64,000 nucleotides of DNA from Octopus bimaculoides (Eukaryota), in the NCBI RefSeq assembly GCF_001194135.2, contig NC_068992.1:7235479-7299478 (forward strand), written 5' to 3'. This document shows positions 38,327-51,690 of the stretch, piece by piece. Within the stretch, counting starts at the first letter, position 1. The number at the start of each line of letters is the position of its first letter. The notes under the pieces were generated by a model, which did no database searches, had not been told where the DNA came from, and saw nothing but the letters and a program-made list of their open reading frames with translations. The position numbers were made by a program, and so were the translations under genes.

Positions 38327-39005
38327 TACATACATACTCACAGACACATAAATATGCTCAATACCATTTGAATTATATGTCTGCATTGAGATTATATAAC
38401 TAAAAGTTACAAATGGTTTTTATCAGAATTTCCATACAAACCACAACTCCACCTTCTCGTGTGTTTTGTAGCTATTAATTCAATTTTATACCTGTTCCTA
38501 CTTATAAGATACATATTGGTAAATTTACTCTTTTTAATCAGTACTTTGAAAAACTCAAAGCAGACAAAATATGGCACCTTTTATTAGTATTCAATACTTT
38601 TATAAAATACATCATGCTCTGGTATAGATCTTGTGTTGATATCTTTTTTTTTGTCTTATGAAGAAACACAATCTGGTGTGTGTGTGTGTGATTTAATGTA
38701 CACAGTATAAAAGTACACATTGCTAATAGTTTCTTGTAGTGGAGACACGAGTCTAGGCAGGTTTTTATAACACACCTTGTGTCTCCAAGCAATCTTCAGG
38801 CCAGGCTCTGAGCACATGGTCTATTCAATTTACAAAACAGGATGCTGTGAATACAACACCCTAACCACTAGGCCACACACCTTCGCATATATGCAATGAA
38901 GTGCATGGAAAGATTATGTTAGTTTTAATGTTACATAATACAGATTCCATGCATTTTTGAAATATATGTTGTGCATAACTGTTTCTTCCATTCCTTTCAT
39001 TCACT

Positions 39006-39039
<34 letters not shown>

Positions 39040-39936
39040 TTCAGGTGAATATGGTACTTACGTTGAGGCACCAGAATTTAGTATGGTATTATCCATACAA
39101 TTTCAAAGTAAGGTAATTAAAACCAAAATAAGCAACAAGGATATCCAGAGGTAATACTGTACAATCGTTTCATACAACTCCATTTAATTGAACAATGCAA
39201 TCATTACATAATTTACCCTTATTCATTTTTGTTGTTGTGCATGTATATACACATACATATGTGAGTGTATATACATATCTATTTATCTACCTATTAATGC
39301 ATCTGTTCCTTTGTCTGTCTATCTGTATACATACATGCATATACATACGATAATTGTTGAAAAAATATTGAAATTAACTTTCATATAGTTAAATATTTCA
39401 CTAATTTTGTTTTTGGTTTTAATTATAGCCCTTGTGTAATGTGTGTGCTTGTGTGCATATATATGTGTGTAGTGTGGAGTGAGTGTATATACTATCAATG
39501 ACTTAATGTGTGCTTTCCCATGATGGCATATGTTGGGCAGGATTTGTTGAAGCAGTATTTTTTAACAAAATTTCTACATTTGGCCCAAATTTTAACAGGC
39601 ACATATGGATAGAAAGATATATACATAATTATTTATATATAATTTTATACATATAATTTAATTATTGTAGGTCTACTATTAATACCAATACAGATGTACA
39701 TAGATTTATGTGTTTCTTGTGGGGTTTTTTTGGTATGTTTGTTCCCAAACAACACTTCTTTAAGTGCTGTTGACACTGCCAGATTAAATGGTACTGCCCA
39801 GGTGTCGAAACCATCATGATATCCATGGAGCAACTGTTGATGGAGATATGTTGGATTGTTGGTATGACTGTTTTTGTATATGTGGAATAGTGTTATAACA
39901 CATCCATTTGATATATGATTATACATACATAATTTC

Positions 39937-39979
<43 letters not shown>

Positions 39980-40056
39980 CATCTTAATCAAGTGATTAAG
40001 AAGACCATTCATGCTAGAAAGGACAAATGCATTTAAATGTAAACTTATATTTTTAT

Positions 40057-40214
40057 GAGTGGTTGGCGTTAGGAAGGGCATCCAGCTGTAGAAACTCTGC
40101 CAAATCAGACTGGAGCCTGGTGTTGCCATCCGGTTTCACCAGTCCTCAGTCAAATCGTCCAACCCATGCTAGCATGGAAAGCGGATGTTAAACGATGATG
40201 ATGATGATGATGAT
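40057..40214 (+). mobile_element. RTE-type 3' tail repeat, young, ending in (GAT)n
   Basis: Near-identical to 13452-13601. Confidence 0.9.
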
Positions 40215-41254
40215 GAAAGTGTTCAATGATTGTACAAAGGTTTTTTTTTGTTTTTTTATTTTTTAATCCAGTGTCTCTTATTCCACCTGAAAATAAATGA
40301 AGTTTAGAAAAGTTAGACAAAAACCTGGTCAGGTTACTTTATTAAATCAAAGAAGCCTCTCCTCATTTTAGATCATATGGTCTTAGAAACACCAGCCACA
40401 AGTAAGCATGAGAAGAGATGCTGACATACACTTTCATATTGATTTGTGTATAGCATGTGTTTATGTATCTGTATAAATACATTAACGTGTTTCTATGGAG
40501 GTTCTCTTACACAAACACATACAGTGATGTAGGCATACTTATGGCTATAGAGATTGTTGCACACATATTATATAAACACAAGCAAAAATGAAACTTTTGT
40601 AATGCACGAGTATTTTCTCAAGTTAAACAAAGCACAACTATAATTCAAACTTATATTTCAAATATGTAAATAAAAGGTTTTTGCCTAAGGTCATAAATAG
40701 ATAAAAGTGACAAGAAATTCTTTAGCTTACATGCTGACCTGAGTTAATTGGTACCCTTCTTCTGAGGCTTATGTCGTTTACATAGAAGCTATCTATTTCA
40801 ATGAAATCAATGACAGTTTGCAACTCACTTTGTTTTCCTACCACTTTAACTTCATCTTGTAAGTGTCATATTGCTGTCTCCCTTTGACTTCTTTGAATTT
40901 AAAAAACTTGATTGAGTGTTGAGAGCCTGGAGACATTCCTGGTAAGCTTCATTGCATTGCTTTAACAGTGAAGTAAGAATGTTATCTTCACAAGCAAAAG
41001 AGTCTTGATGTTTTTTTCTTTGGTTTACTAAGCAAAGTATGTTTCTGCCTCAGTAAGCATCATTTTGCATTCAACCTGCTACGTCACTGTTATATTTTCT
41101 ACATTTCCAGAGCCTCACCCATATCTATTTCTAAAATGGCCATTATATTTCTAACTACTGACATCTAGTACAATCCCTGGTAACCCAAGCAGCAACTGAG
41201 ACAGGATACTTTTGAGTTATCAACATTATTTCATGGGACTACTTGCAAAAGAAT

Positions 41255-41383
41255 TTAATTGCTAAACGGTTTTGGATTCAGTCATACTGAAGCACCTTGG
41301 ACAAGTACCTGCTACTATAGCCCCAGGCTGACCAATGCCTTATAAGTGAATCTGATAGATGTGATATTTACGTGTGTGTATGC

Positions 41384-41423
<40 letters not shown>

Positions 41424-41645
41424 TTGTGTATATATATATGTGTGTGTGTGTTTGTGTAGGTTTCCCCACAGTTTGACAACTAGTGCTGGTTTGTTAATGT
41501 TCCTGTAACTAAGTGGTTCAGCAAAAAGGACCAACAGAATAAGTGTCAGGCTTAAAATAAGTACTGGGCTTGATTTGTTCAACTAAACCCTTCAAGGCAG
41601 TGTCCCCAGCTTGGCTGCAATCCAATGACTGGAACAAGTAAAAAG
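41255..41645 (+). mobile_element. tRNA-head SINE family A, degenerate full copy
   Basis: Head, central (TA)/(TG) microsatellite and tail (gacaactagtgctgg...gtaactaagtggttcagcaaaag...gactggaacaagtaaaag) are collinear with 48805-49253. Confidence 0.85.
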
Positions 41646-42412
41646 TAAAAAAAAAAAATTAAATAAACGTTTAAAAATATAAATAAATATAAGTAAAGTG
41701 TAATTTGGGCGAATAAGCAACAGGGTGTGTAATTAACCAGAAAGGAATTTGTTAAGTTATTAGAATAGTAAGATATTTGAATAAGTACAGTGTAATAAAA
41801 TTTTTTAAAACAATAAATCAGTCTTGAATCGAAATCATGTTTTAGAGTCAGAGAAATACTGAACATGGATACAAACTAAAAATGAGCAAAAGCTAGAGGG
41901 GATACATATAATATTGCATCAACAAAAACAATAAAATAGAAGAATGGGAAAAACTGGTTAGAAATAATTAAGTATTCATATGTAAGCATATATACCTTTA
42001 ATTATTGACTACTTAATGGAGTATGTCAACACACACACACACGCGCGCATGCACGCACACACATAGATATGCCAGTATATATACAGCTACATAAGTGTAG
42101 ACATGTGTACATTATATTAGACTGTAAGGAAACAAGTATTTGAAGAAATGTATAACTGTACAAATAGATGCAAATACAAACTAAAATTAAAATCATATAT
42201 GCACAAATATTTATGTGCATTTACATATGTCTACACAAAGAAAACTCATGTTGATAGGATATTGAATTTAGAAATCAAGTGACACCTACATATATATATT
42301 CACATATGTGTTAATCAAGTACAAATAATCATGGAAACATATATATGCATACCTATTTCTCTGGAGCCATGTCAACATAAAAAGTGAATTGTTGCATGTA
42401 TATGAGATTAGC

Positions 42413-42580
42413 TATCTATATATATAAAGATGAGAATGTGTGTCTGTCTGTCTATCTGTCTGTGTGAATCCCTAAAACTCGAGAACTACACAACCAATTT
42501 CATTCAAATTTTACACATGCCTTACTTAGGATCCATGTAGTGTTTTAGGCCAAAAAAATTTTTAACTTCTTGCCTAGTGC
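42413..42580 (+). mobile_element. Helitron/Helentron-type non-autonomous (DINE-1/HINE-like) 5' fragment
   Basis: TCTATATATATAAA start, short (TGTC)n tract, then ctcgagaactac..aaccaatttcattcaaattttacac, the typical organisation of such elements. No 3' hairpin identified. Confidence 0.55.
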
Positions 42581-42939
42581 ATAAATTGTCAAGTTAATTA
42601 GAGGCATCCTTGCCTCCACTGATTCAGTTGCAAAGTGTTCAGTAAAGTTATTTCCTTGCAGACCTCCTTTGAGTCTTTTTATTATCACTGGGTCATACTT
42701 AGTCCCCATGTGGTAACATTGATTTCAAGGCCTTCCCAGATGAGTGACTGGTTATTCAAACAGATTTATTGTAAATTTATTCTATCCAGTTACCTATTGG
42801 TATAGTGGTCAGTTGCAAACTCCAGAGGTGACACTTTCATTTCCCCGTAGCCCTCACGTCACACAGTTGTTAATGTTTATTTCAGTTGGGTCATGCCCTT
42901 CCAATTGCTATACATCCATCATGCATCTTACAGCTGTGC

Positions 42940-43150
42940 CTGTCACCTGTATGGTGAGGAATTCTACATTGGGGAGTAGTTCTTCTTTCCGGATATTTAC
43001 TCACTTGACTCAATAATGGCCTCTGTCATAGCTTCATCTAAATTTTCCATGACCTGTCTTCCATAAGATCCTTCTGTTTGGATCACTTGGTACTTCTTTA
43101 CCCAACAACCATCTTTCCTATACATTACACTTCTTGACTACTTTAATCAT
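42940..43150 (-). pseudogene. Possible very old RTE 3' ORF remnant
   Basis: Minus strand reads WVKKYQVIQTEGSYGR.GHGKF..., resembling RTE WVKK...VEG..GRGRPRKTW. Confidence 0.4.
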
Positions 43151-44099
43151 ATCTTTTTCATGCCACATCTAGTTTTCCTTAAACCTAATTTTTCTCTCTG
43201 TTCAGCTATAATTTATTATTTATGCACACTAACATAACACAACCACAAAAAAAAATGCTTGCCTCATTTCTTTGCTAGATTTACTTTATGGTCTCTGTGT
43301 TTGGTGTGTATTCTCTGATTCTTCAGCAGATTCAGCTGTTAGAACCAGATTATTAGCATACAGAAGTTTCTACAAACAGCCAGTTTTAAACTCCTCTGTG
43401 GGGTTTTTTATACACACATGCATATATGTAATTTGAATTTCAGGGGGTTGTATATATTTGGCAGGTTATTTTAACTGAGACTATATAAAGTGAATGTAAA
43501 CAATTACATTGTGGAAAAGCCACTTTATGCAATATACAAGATGGAATTGTATCAATGACTCGATCATAGAAGTGTGACAAACTTTTTTTGACACTACATA
43601 ACAAACTACACATTTAAAAAATAAGCAAAAAGTTAATATCAAAAAAGTTTTGTATTCTTGAATGGTTAAATTGCATATAAATTTACTTGTGTTATACCCA
43701 TCAAAAATGATGGTGTCTATTTGAATACAGAATATATTGTGCAAACATAAGACATATAATCTATAGAGAGCTACGCGACTGGCATTGAGAAAATGCAGTA
43801 ATAGAGAATGGGACGAAGCAGAGGAATACAGAGAGTGTCGTATCATGGTTAATGCACAAGCACAATGAAGAATGGTTTAAAGGGAGATTGAAAAAAATCA
43901 CCATGAGCCAATTAATTTAGACTGAATGCACTAATTGATGGTTTGTTTATGTTTACACCAATTTTTGTTGATATACATCAGTGAAAGGTATACACATATG
44001 CATGTGTATATTTGTGTATGTGTGAATGTGTCTGTGGTTAAATTGTTTGCTTTATAATCAAAAAGTTATGAAGCAAATATATTCTAAACATTATGATAT

Positions 44100-44520
44100 A
44101 TTACAAAAGTACTAAAATTAAAAGCCTCCTTAACAATAACGAGCATTTAAACCCAAGCACATGCTAAAAGTGACCAATGGGATTTATAAATTTGATTGTA
44201 AGAGTGAAAGTTGTAAAGTTTATGACTACTACTGTTATATTGGTCATATAACTACAATACCATCTCACAGGCTTACTATGCACTTACAATGAAGAGTAGT
44301 CACAGCTATTTACACTGTAAACATAATAAAAACTTGATGGGGAAAGCATTAGTAAACAATGCATAGACATTATATAAAATGTTCCATAAAACTAGACAAT
44401 TAATAATGGAAACATTTGATCAAAACAGAGAACATTGCTAAAACAAACATGTAAACATCATAAACAAAATAACCATGTGAGTAATGTTTAAATCTAACAA
44501 TCAAATTTGAATTCCAACAT
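44100..44520 (+). pseudogene. Penelope-like element GIY-YIG endonuclease relic
   Basis: 44170-44292 reads VTNGIYKFDCKSESCKVYDYYCYIGHITTIPSHRLTMHLQ* (GIY...C...C...YIG.T....RL..H). A later LVNN..TLYK...LIME segment follows. Confidence 0.8.
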
Positions 44521-44759
44521 TAACATCTAAACCAATTAAATAAAGACGTCAATAGAAATCATATTTACTTGCCATAGAAGAGGTATTTATACATATCAAT
44601 AATACTTTACATCCAAATACAGTAAGTAAAAGTTAGAAATATTGATGATGGATTTAGGAACTTTATTATTCTAGATGAACTATAAGGAACTCATATGAAA
44701 ATATAAAAACACTAATAAAAAGGTTAAAACTAAAACACAGTCATGTTTTCAATACATGT

Positions 44760-45480
44760 CTAAAACAAAAGTGTTGCAACTTGTCATTCTTTTACATTTT
44801 TTTCAGCAATTGACCATGTACAGGCTTTCTTGCTATCACTTTGGCATGACATTCTGTAACCCCATTTTTAAACTTTCCACAACTTCTGTTGTCCTTTGTT
44901 CTTTTCTCAATTGTCAGCTCTGTTTATGTATTCGTTGACTTTCTTGAAGACAAAAAGCAATTTTCTTCCTTTTCTCTTGACTGGTTATTACATAATAGTT
45001 TTGATATTCTACAATGGATATCTCTTATCAGCTTTCTAGATGCATAAAATCTCTACCTCTCTGTATCCATGATAAATGTAATATTTATACGTCAGTCCTT
45101 GAACAGTATATTCTATTGGTTTTCTGTTGGTCATGTATTCTTTTTTTTTTCTCCTTCGTATTGGTTTTCTGAACGGTCTTAGTCATTTCTTTTAGCACCT
45201 ATTTGGGAGAATTGTAATTGTAATTTACTGAATGGAAGGCTATGGACATTGACAACATTTTTTTTTTCTGCACCATCAATTTTGAGGAGACACATACTGT
45301 ACTCAAAGAGAGCCTTTCTCTTCTAGATAATATCCTATGCACTTGTTATATAACCCATTTTCTCAACTTCATCTATGAAAAGTCTCCCAGAAATTCTTGA
45401 TTCAGTTTTCCCATGCCATGGAAGAAGATGATTGCATTTTATTCATCAGGATAAGCTGTGGTTGACATAGGTTAACCTGA
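44760..45480 (-). pseudogene. Degenerate R4/Dong-clade ORF (post-RT region)
   Basis: Minus-strand remnants: EKGSL..., H...KTNRIY.SRTDV..L..SWIQRGRDFMHLES (HP..D..RLY..R..GGRG) and KPVHGQL (K.+HGQ). Confidence 0.6.
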
Positions 45481-45726
45481 ATCAGTGAATCTGTGATTGC
45501 CCCTCTCCCACTCAAGGGATCTTTATTTGTTGTTATTTTACTGGTGTACACTGTTATTGCGATTTATTGTTGACTATTGTTTTATTGATTTCACCTTCTA
45601 ACATGATTTAAATATCTCACTATTCTTTGTTGTTTTCTTTCATATTTTGCCTTTGTACTGTCTTTAATATCTTGGGCATTTGTGCCCTGCACAAAGCCAT
45701 TATTATTATTATTATTATCATTATTA

Positions 45727-45778
<52 letters not shown>

Positions 45779-45794
45779 CATCATTAAGAATATG

Positions 45795-45990
45795 ACTAGC
45801 TGTTAAAATTGTTACTGCACCAGACAAAATGCTTACCAGCATTTCTTCTGGCTCCTAAGATTCTGAGTTCAAATGTCACCAATCCTTTTGAGATTTATAA
45901 AGTTAAGTACCAGTTCAGGTCAGGCATTGATTTAATCAATTTCCCCACTCCTCTCAGATGCTTGCCTTGTGTCAAAATTTGAAACCATTA
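45795..45990 (+). mobile_element. SINE family D copy
   Basis: gctgttaaaattgttactgcaccagacaaaatgcttacc...ttctgagttcaaat...aagttaagtaccagttc...gatttaatc...ttgccttgtgtcaaaatttgaaaccattatt. Confidence 0.75.
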
Positions 45991-46649
45991 TTATCACTAT
46001 TATTATTTGTCAAACAGCTGTTATCACATGTAGGATGATTTAGGCTATTGGCCAAATCTATTGTTAAAGATCACACCTCTGTCATCCATTGGCATGGAAA
46101 AGTGAGCAGTCTTCTTTTGTCTGATGACTATGGCAAAGGAAGTAGCACAATGAATGTTTTAAAGATTTGAGAACAAAGGTTTTCTTCTCAAGCCAAGCCC
46201 TCTTCAACTTCTTCAAGTATTACTTGAGGAAGAGGAAAAGGATAGACAAGAAAGTACAGCTTCCCAGTAAATTTTCTGAAAGAGAGATGAGAGTGGTGGT
46301 ATTGGCATAGCCAAATAGATCACACTAAATGTGTAGGTAGACTGGCATAAAAAAACTGGGAGAAGGCAATTGATTTTGATGCGTCTAAGTGATATGGGTG
46401 TTGTGTGTGATAGGGTGTTCTGAATCATCTAAAGTGGTTGCACCCTATTTTGGAAACTTTTGTTCTTTTTTTTTTGTTCTGTACTGTTAGAGGCTATTTA
46501 ATATTATCCTATTAATGTCTTTTTATTGTTATTGTTGGTCCCACCCTTTATTCAACGTAAGTCCCCACTGTTCCTTATTTGTTGTTTTTTCCATGTATGT
46601 CATCTTTGCAGTCCCCCACCATCTTGAGCTCTTGTAGGAAATAAATGAA

Positions 46650-47235
46650 ATCATCCTAGCCTTGTGCCTATCTCTATAAGAAAATATTGTTATTATTAAC
46701 ATTATTATGATGTTTTGCCTTTGATTTAATTTCTACAAGCTGCAACCAAGTCTCAACCAGAGACATCAAGTGACAACAAAATTTTGTATCTAAAGATGCA
46801 AACAGGTGAGGTGCCATGCAATTGAACAACTGATGTCTGTGTGTCATAAAAACAAATTATTCTCTTTTATAAAATTCATAATAAATTGAACAAACAGGAT
46901 TGTATTTGCACAGAGATTTTATGTAAGATGTGTGAAATCTACATAAGTATGAACTTTTGCAATTCACTTAGTTTGGGACTACCAAGAATTTGGTCTACAT
47001 ATTTGTTTCTTCCTTATGATATTATTCCAAGTGTTCTAATAACAATAGGTAATGTTGTTGCTTTGAGATGCCTTATTCTTCTGATATCTGTTTCCCAAGT
47101 ACTTATTCCAAAGTTGTTATCAGATCTCATATCTACAGTTGTATTATATTTCTGGAACATCCCTCCGGTCCTTAACAATGATGACACACTATAGTCATTC
47201 CTTTTACCAGCAATTTTGAGAATATGGTCTTTTTC
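46650..47235 (-). pseudogene. Degenerate R4/Dong-clade 3' end with UTR and (AAT)n tail
   Basis: Minus strand reads DMRSDNN...KY..LG..I.RIRHLKATTLPIVIRTLGII.KETNM..QILGSPKLSELQK..L...SHILHK, the RLE C-terminal pattern also seen at 17490-17700. Confidence 0.65.
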
Positions 47236-48804
47236 CATGCCAGTACCAGAACTTACATGCAGTTATTCAAACTGCTAGAAATAGCAGGAATATTTCTTTC
47301 AAATAACACCTTATTGTCTTTAAAAAAAATGAAGAAAAAACATTGGGTAACATAGTTCAGTGCACGCAATGTCTGAAAACAAGACAAGATAGTCAAGATT
47401 TAAATGCCTTTGATAGTTTGACCCAAATGGGATTGACATGAAGCTAAGTAGTAATAACAGTAGTATCTGGTCTTCTATTTTGAAAGTATTTGTTTGAATA
47501 TTTCAGTCTAAATGTCATCAATTATCTGTTCTATATTCCAGATTAATTTTCAGCAATCACATTAACCCTTTCAATCCCTTTTTTTGTGTGTGTGTGTGTG
47601 TGTGTGTGTCACTCACCCTCACAGAAATAGAAACTAAATTTCTTACAGCTCATACTTTATCATTTTGAAGAAAGAAAAGACATACATGATATATTCTGGG
47701 TTCAATTCAACAACTGTTACCTACAAATTTGTTCTTTTGTCATTATAAAGAAATCAATATTTTTGCACTTAAAAACATAATTATGCACTTATTGTATGTG
47801 TGTGTGTGTGTGCGTGCGTGTGTGTGTGTGTGTATGTGTGTGTGTGCACATGCACTTGCATGCACATTTCTGAGCATTTCTGTTGTTCAGTTTAGTTTTC
47901 AAAATTCTATATTGAGGAACATTCTTAGAACTGTTAATATTTTATTATGGTTAACTTTTGCCCAACATTGGTTTTTGGAAAATGCACTGGCTGAATATTT
48001 CCTTTGTTTTGTTCATCATTCAAAATAGTTATCAATGTAAATTCTATTAATACTGATGTACCTGATCAATCAATATAGATTGAAGATAAGTTTATCTTAT
48101 TTAAAATGTAAGTTAACACAAAGAAAATTATATATCTATATATATATATATATATTAGATATAGATATTTATATGCAATAAACTATGGGAACAAAAATTT
48201 CAAAGCATCTAGGGAGAGGAATTATTTTAGTTCAGAATATTTTGTCAAATATATCAGCAGACTTTTTCTTTGCTCCCAATTGTGAGTTTGTACAGAACAT
48301 ATACATATGTATGTAGTAACTTCTGCTGAAGTTAGAACTTGTAGCCATGCTAATAGAAGATGCATTCCACAAACAGGGGAAAATTTAGGTAAAAATTATC
48401 AAAACTCTACATAAATTTTTTTTTAATGCTACATAAAACTCTACATAAAATTGTAATTGCCCTGTTAATAACACGTGCACACTCACATGCTAGTGTGCTA
48501 CCTGTCAGGTAACTTTGGGAGTATACTTTTTCCCACCATGGGTAATTTGATAAAAGTTAATTGTTGCTTGTATGTCATATTTCCTGACATTATCCATAGT
48601 GGCCAAAGTGTATTAATATCAAAGTAGCAATTGCAGTGATATACTCATTTCAAACAGTTTGCTATAAATTCTTAAGTTCGAAAACACCTTAGGGATTAAT
48701 GCAAAAATACTTGGTCTGTTAATAAAAAAGCTTGCTTGAAAAGCATCTAAGAAAAATATTGGTTACAGTAAATATTAACTATTGCAGAGCCTTATTCAGT
48801 TATG

Positions 48805-48961
48805 AATGGCTGTGTGGTAAGTAGCTTGCTTACCAACCACATGGTTCCGGGTTCATTCCTACTGTGTGGCACCTTGGGCAAGTATCTTCTACTATAGCCT
48901 CCGGCCGACCAAAGCCTTGTGAGTGGATTTGTTAGACAGAAACTGAAAGAAGCCCGTCGTA

Positions 48962-49026
<65 letters not shown>

Positions 49027-49253
49027 ATGTATGTGTGTGTATATGAATGTGTGTCTGTGTTTGTCCCCCCAATATCGCTTGACAACCGATGCTGGTGTGT
49101 TTACGTCCCCGTAACGTAGCGGTTCGGCAAAAGAGACCGATAGAATAAGTACTAGGCTTACAAAGAATAAGTCTTGGGGTCGATTTGCTCGACTAAAGGC
49201 GGTGCTCCAGTATGGCCACAGTCAAATGACTGAAACAAGTAAAGGAGTAAGAG
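48805..49253 (+). mobile_element. tRNA-head SINE family A, full-length young copy (reference copy in this window)
   Basis: A-box-like tggctgtgtggtaag, B-box-like ggttcattcc/ggttcagtcc, central (TA)n(TG)n microsatellite, and conserved tail ending gactgaaacaagtaaaggagtaagag. Confidence 0.92.
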
Positions 49254-49508
49254 TATATATGCTTTATGTAAACCACTGCTGTTTTAGCCCATCCTACCAA
49301 CTACTTGTTAAGTTTGTCCTTCTCCTAAAACCGTAGTTATGTCTGTATATGTGTGTATATATGTGACTGTCTCATAGACTGAAGATTGCATATGTGTGAG
49401 GAAGAGAGAGAGTGTTTGTGGATATGTGCACATGTGTGTGTGTGTGTCCATCAGCGGCATAACTTTTATCATCTTTACCATTCCCCTACCAATACTTGTC
49501 AATTTCAA

Positions 49509-49571
<63 letters not shown>

Positions 49572-50647
49572 TCAAGATGTAAAACATGACCAGAGAAACC
49601 AACCAACCAACATTTATGTTGACTATTGTGTGTGTGTGTGTGTCTTTGTGCTTGGAGAGAGAGAGAGAGTAAAAAAGAAAAAGACATGTAGAATTTGCTC
49701 TGGATTTTATAACATCCTTAGTTTAAGTCCCACAGAGGTCAACTTTCCCTTTCATTCTTCCATGGTTGACAAGAACTTTGGTCAGTGCTATCAACTAAAC
49801 CCTCCCCTTAAGACTGTCAGAAGCCCTTATTATCCCTGTTATTATCTACCCGATGCTTTTGCAGTTTCCACTCTACTAGTGGCTCTCTGCAAATCTAGAG
49901 TTGAACAGAATTGATTAATGAGTCTTTCCTTACTTTATTCATAGAATATGGGCATTTTCTGAGAATTCTATTTTCTGGAATTCCCCTATAGAATATCACC
50001 CAGACACTTCTTTGATTCTGTTTCCATACCTTAACGACTGGTGCTTCTCTTGTATCTGTGTTCCACATTTTCCTCTGTATAAACATCCTGGTCTATATAT
50101 TTGGAAAATCTTTCAATCTCTTTTCCCTAGGTTGTTGGTTCCAAAACTTATTTTTTCTAGGAGCCCTTAGATGTTTATCTAAAAACTGTGAAATCATATC
50201 TATGTTATCTAAAAACTGTGAAATCATATCTATATTTTAATATTTTAATAAAACATGAAATGATATAAAAATTGTTTTAGAGAGAAAATATATTTTCTTA
50301 CAAAATAACAACATACAATAATTTATAATTTTGAAAATGGTGAATACCAGTTTTTCATAAAATATATTTTTGTATTGAATTTTATTTAAGGGCATTTTAT
50401 GCCATAGAATCCTAGAATATTTTCATAAAACCTACATAGGAAAACAATGACGTAAATGTTTCTATGATTTGGCCAAACCACATCAATTAGTGTATAATTA
50501 TTTGATCGTTTGTGTTTTTATCCTGATGTACATTCAGTTTGCTCTTATCTACTTGTCTGTATGTACTTGCATATTCCAGAGAATTACACCATTCTCATTC
50601 TCAACCACAAACTTTGGGACACATTTTATCAATCTTTTTGTAGCTGA

Positions 50648-50946
50648 GGCCTTGAGCTGGCAGAATCCTTAGCAAGTTGGACAAAATGCTTAGAAGCATT
50701 TCATCTGTCTTTACACTCTGAGTTCATATTGTGCCAAAGTTTGACAGAAAATTGTTTGCATGCTGGACAAAATGCTTCAAAGCAGTTCTTCTGCTTTTAT
50801 GTTCTGAGTTCAAATTCCACTGAAGTTGCCTTTTATTCTTTTGGGTGGGATAAAATAGTTACTGGTTGAGTGTTGTGGCTAATGTAATCAACTGCTCCCC
50901 TCCCACAGGATTTCAGACCTTGTGTCTGTAGTAGAAAGAATTATTA
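50648..50946 (+). mobile_element. SINE family D copy with duplicated head
   Basis: gagctggcagaatccttagc...ggacaaaatgct...ctgagttc occurs twice, then the body and an (ATT)n tail. Similar copies at 58560-58690 and 63705-63890. Confidence 0.8.
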
Positions 50947-51507
50947 TCAAACATGGCAGAATTGCTAAATTTCTTCTGCTATTTTGTTGCCTACCTTTGT
51001 TCTGTGAGTTTTAATGCCAATAAGATCAACTTTACCTCATGCATGTGCATGCATTTTATATTTTCAGTTTACAGAGAATTTTTATTTTCTAGCATAATAC
51101 TATATTTTTTTTTATGTGGTTCAATAAAAGAAATTCTACTTAGTCTCTGCTAGAAATAGCAGTGGAATCTTCTTCTATATCATACTCTATTACTTTTATT
51201 AAAAGAAAAAAGAAAACAAAGAATTCATTTGATAAAGTGGTCTGAAATAAATTAAGCCAGGACAAAAAGACAAGATGGTCAAAGCTGAAATTCCTTTGCT
51301 CATAGGTTTGCTTAACCAAAGCTGAACCAGGACTAAACAACAACAACAACTATATTTTGTGTAATTTTCTTATCTTTTCCCTCGTGTTCATTCTTACTAT
51401 TCCTTCTTCTTTACTCCAGTAGACCTGTGTATCCCATTTACATTTTATTTCTGTATTTTGCCTTATTCCAGTATACTTCTGTATCCCATATTTTTACTTT
51501 TGTCAGT

Positions 51508-51690
51508 CCAGGCATGGTTGTGTAGTTAAGGAGTTTGCTTCCCAACTACAAAGTTTTGGGTTCAGTCCTTCTGTGTAATGCACCATGAGCACATGTCTCC
51601 TACTATAGCTCTGAGCCAAGCAAAGCCTTGTAAGTGGATTTGGTTGAAAGGAACTGAAAATGCCTGTCTACATATGTATGTATGTGTGTG
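51508..51690 (+). mobile_element. tRNA-head SINE family A, 5' half
   Basis: ggcatggttgtgtagttaaggagtttgcttccc...gggttcagtcc...ccaagcaaagccttgtaagtggatttgg. Confidence 0.8.

Noticed and set aside
39790-39890. Possible terminal hydrophobic/GPI exon (cag|gt VETIMISMEQLLMEICWIVGMTVFVYVE*)
   Set aside because: There is no polypyrimidine tract and no intervening Ig2 exon; chance hydrophobicity is likely.
43800-43920. Short frame SWLMHKHNEEWFKGRLKK as an Ig or transposase exon
   Set aside because: No Ig cysteines, flanking stops and no convincing splice sites.
48805-48880. tRNA gene
   Set aside because: The A/B-box-like region is the head of a SINE continuing into body and tail; there is no full cloverleaf.
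34054-50233. Small tandem duplications (20 bp x2 at 34054-34093; 30 bp x2 at 50175-50233)
   Set aside because: Ordinary slippage duplications with no further structure.
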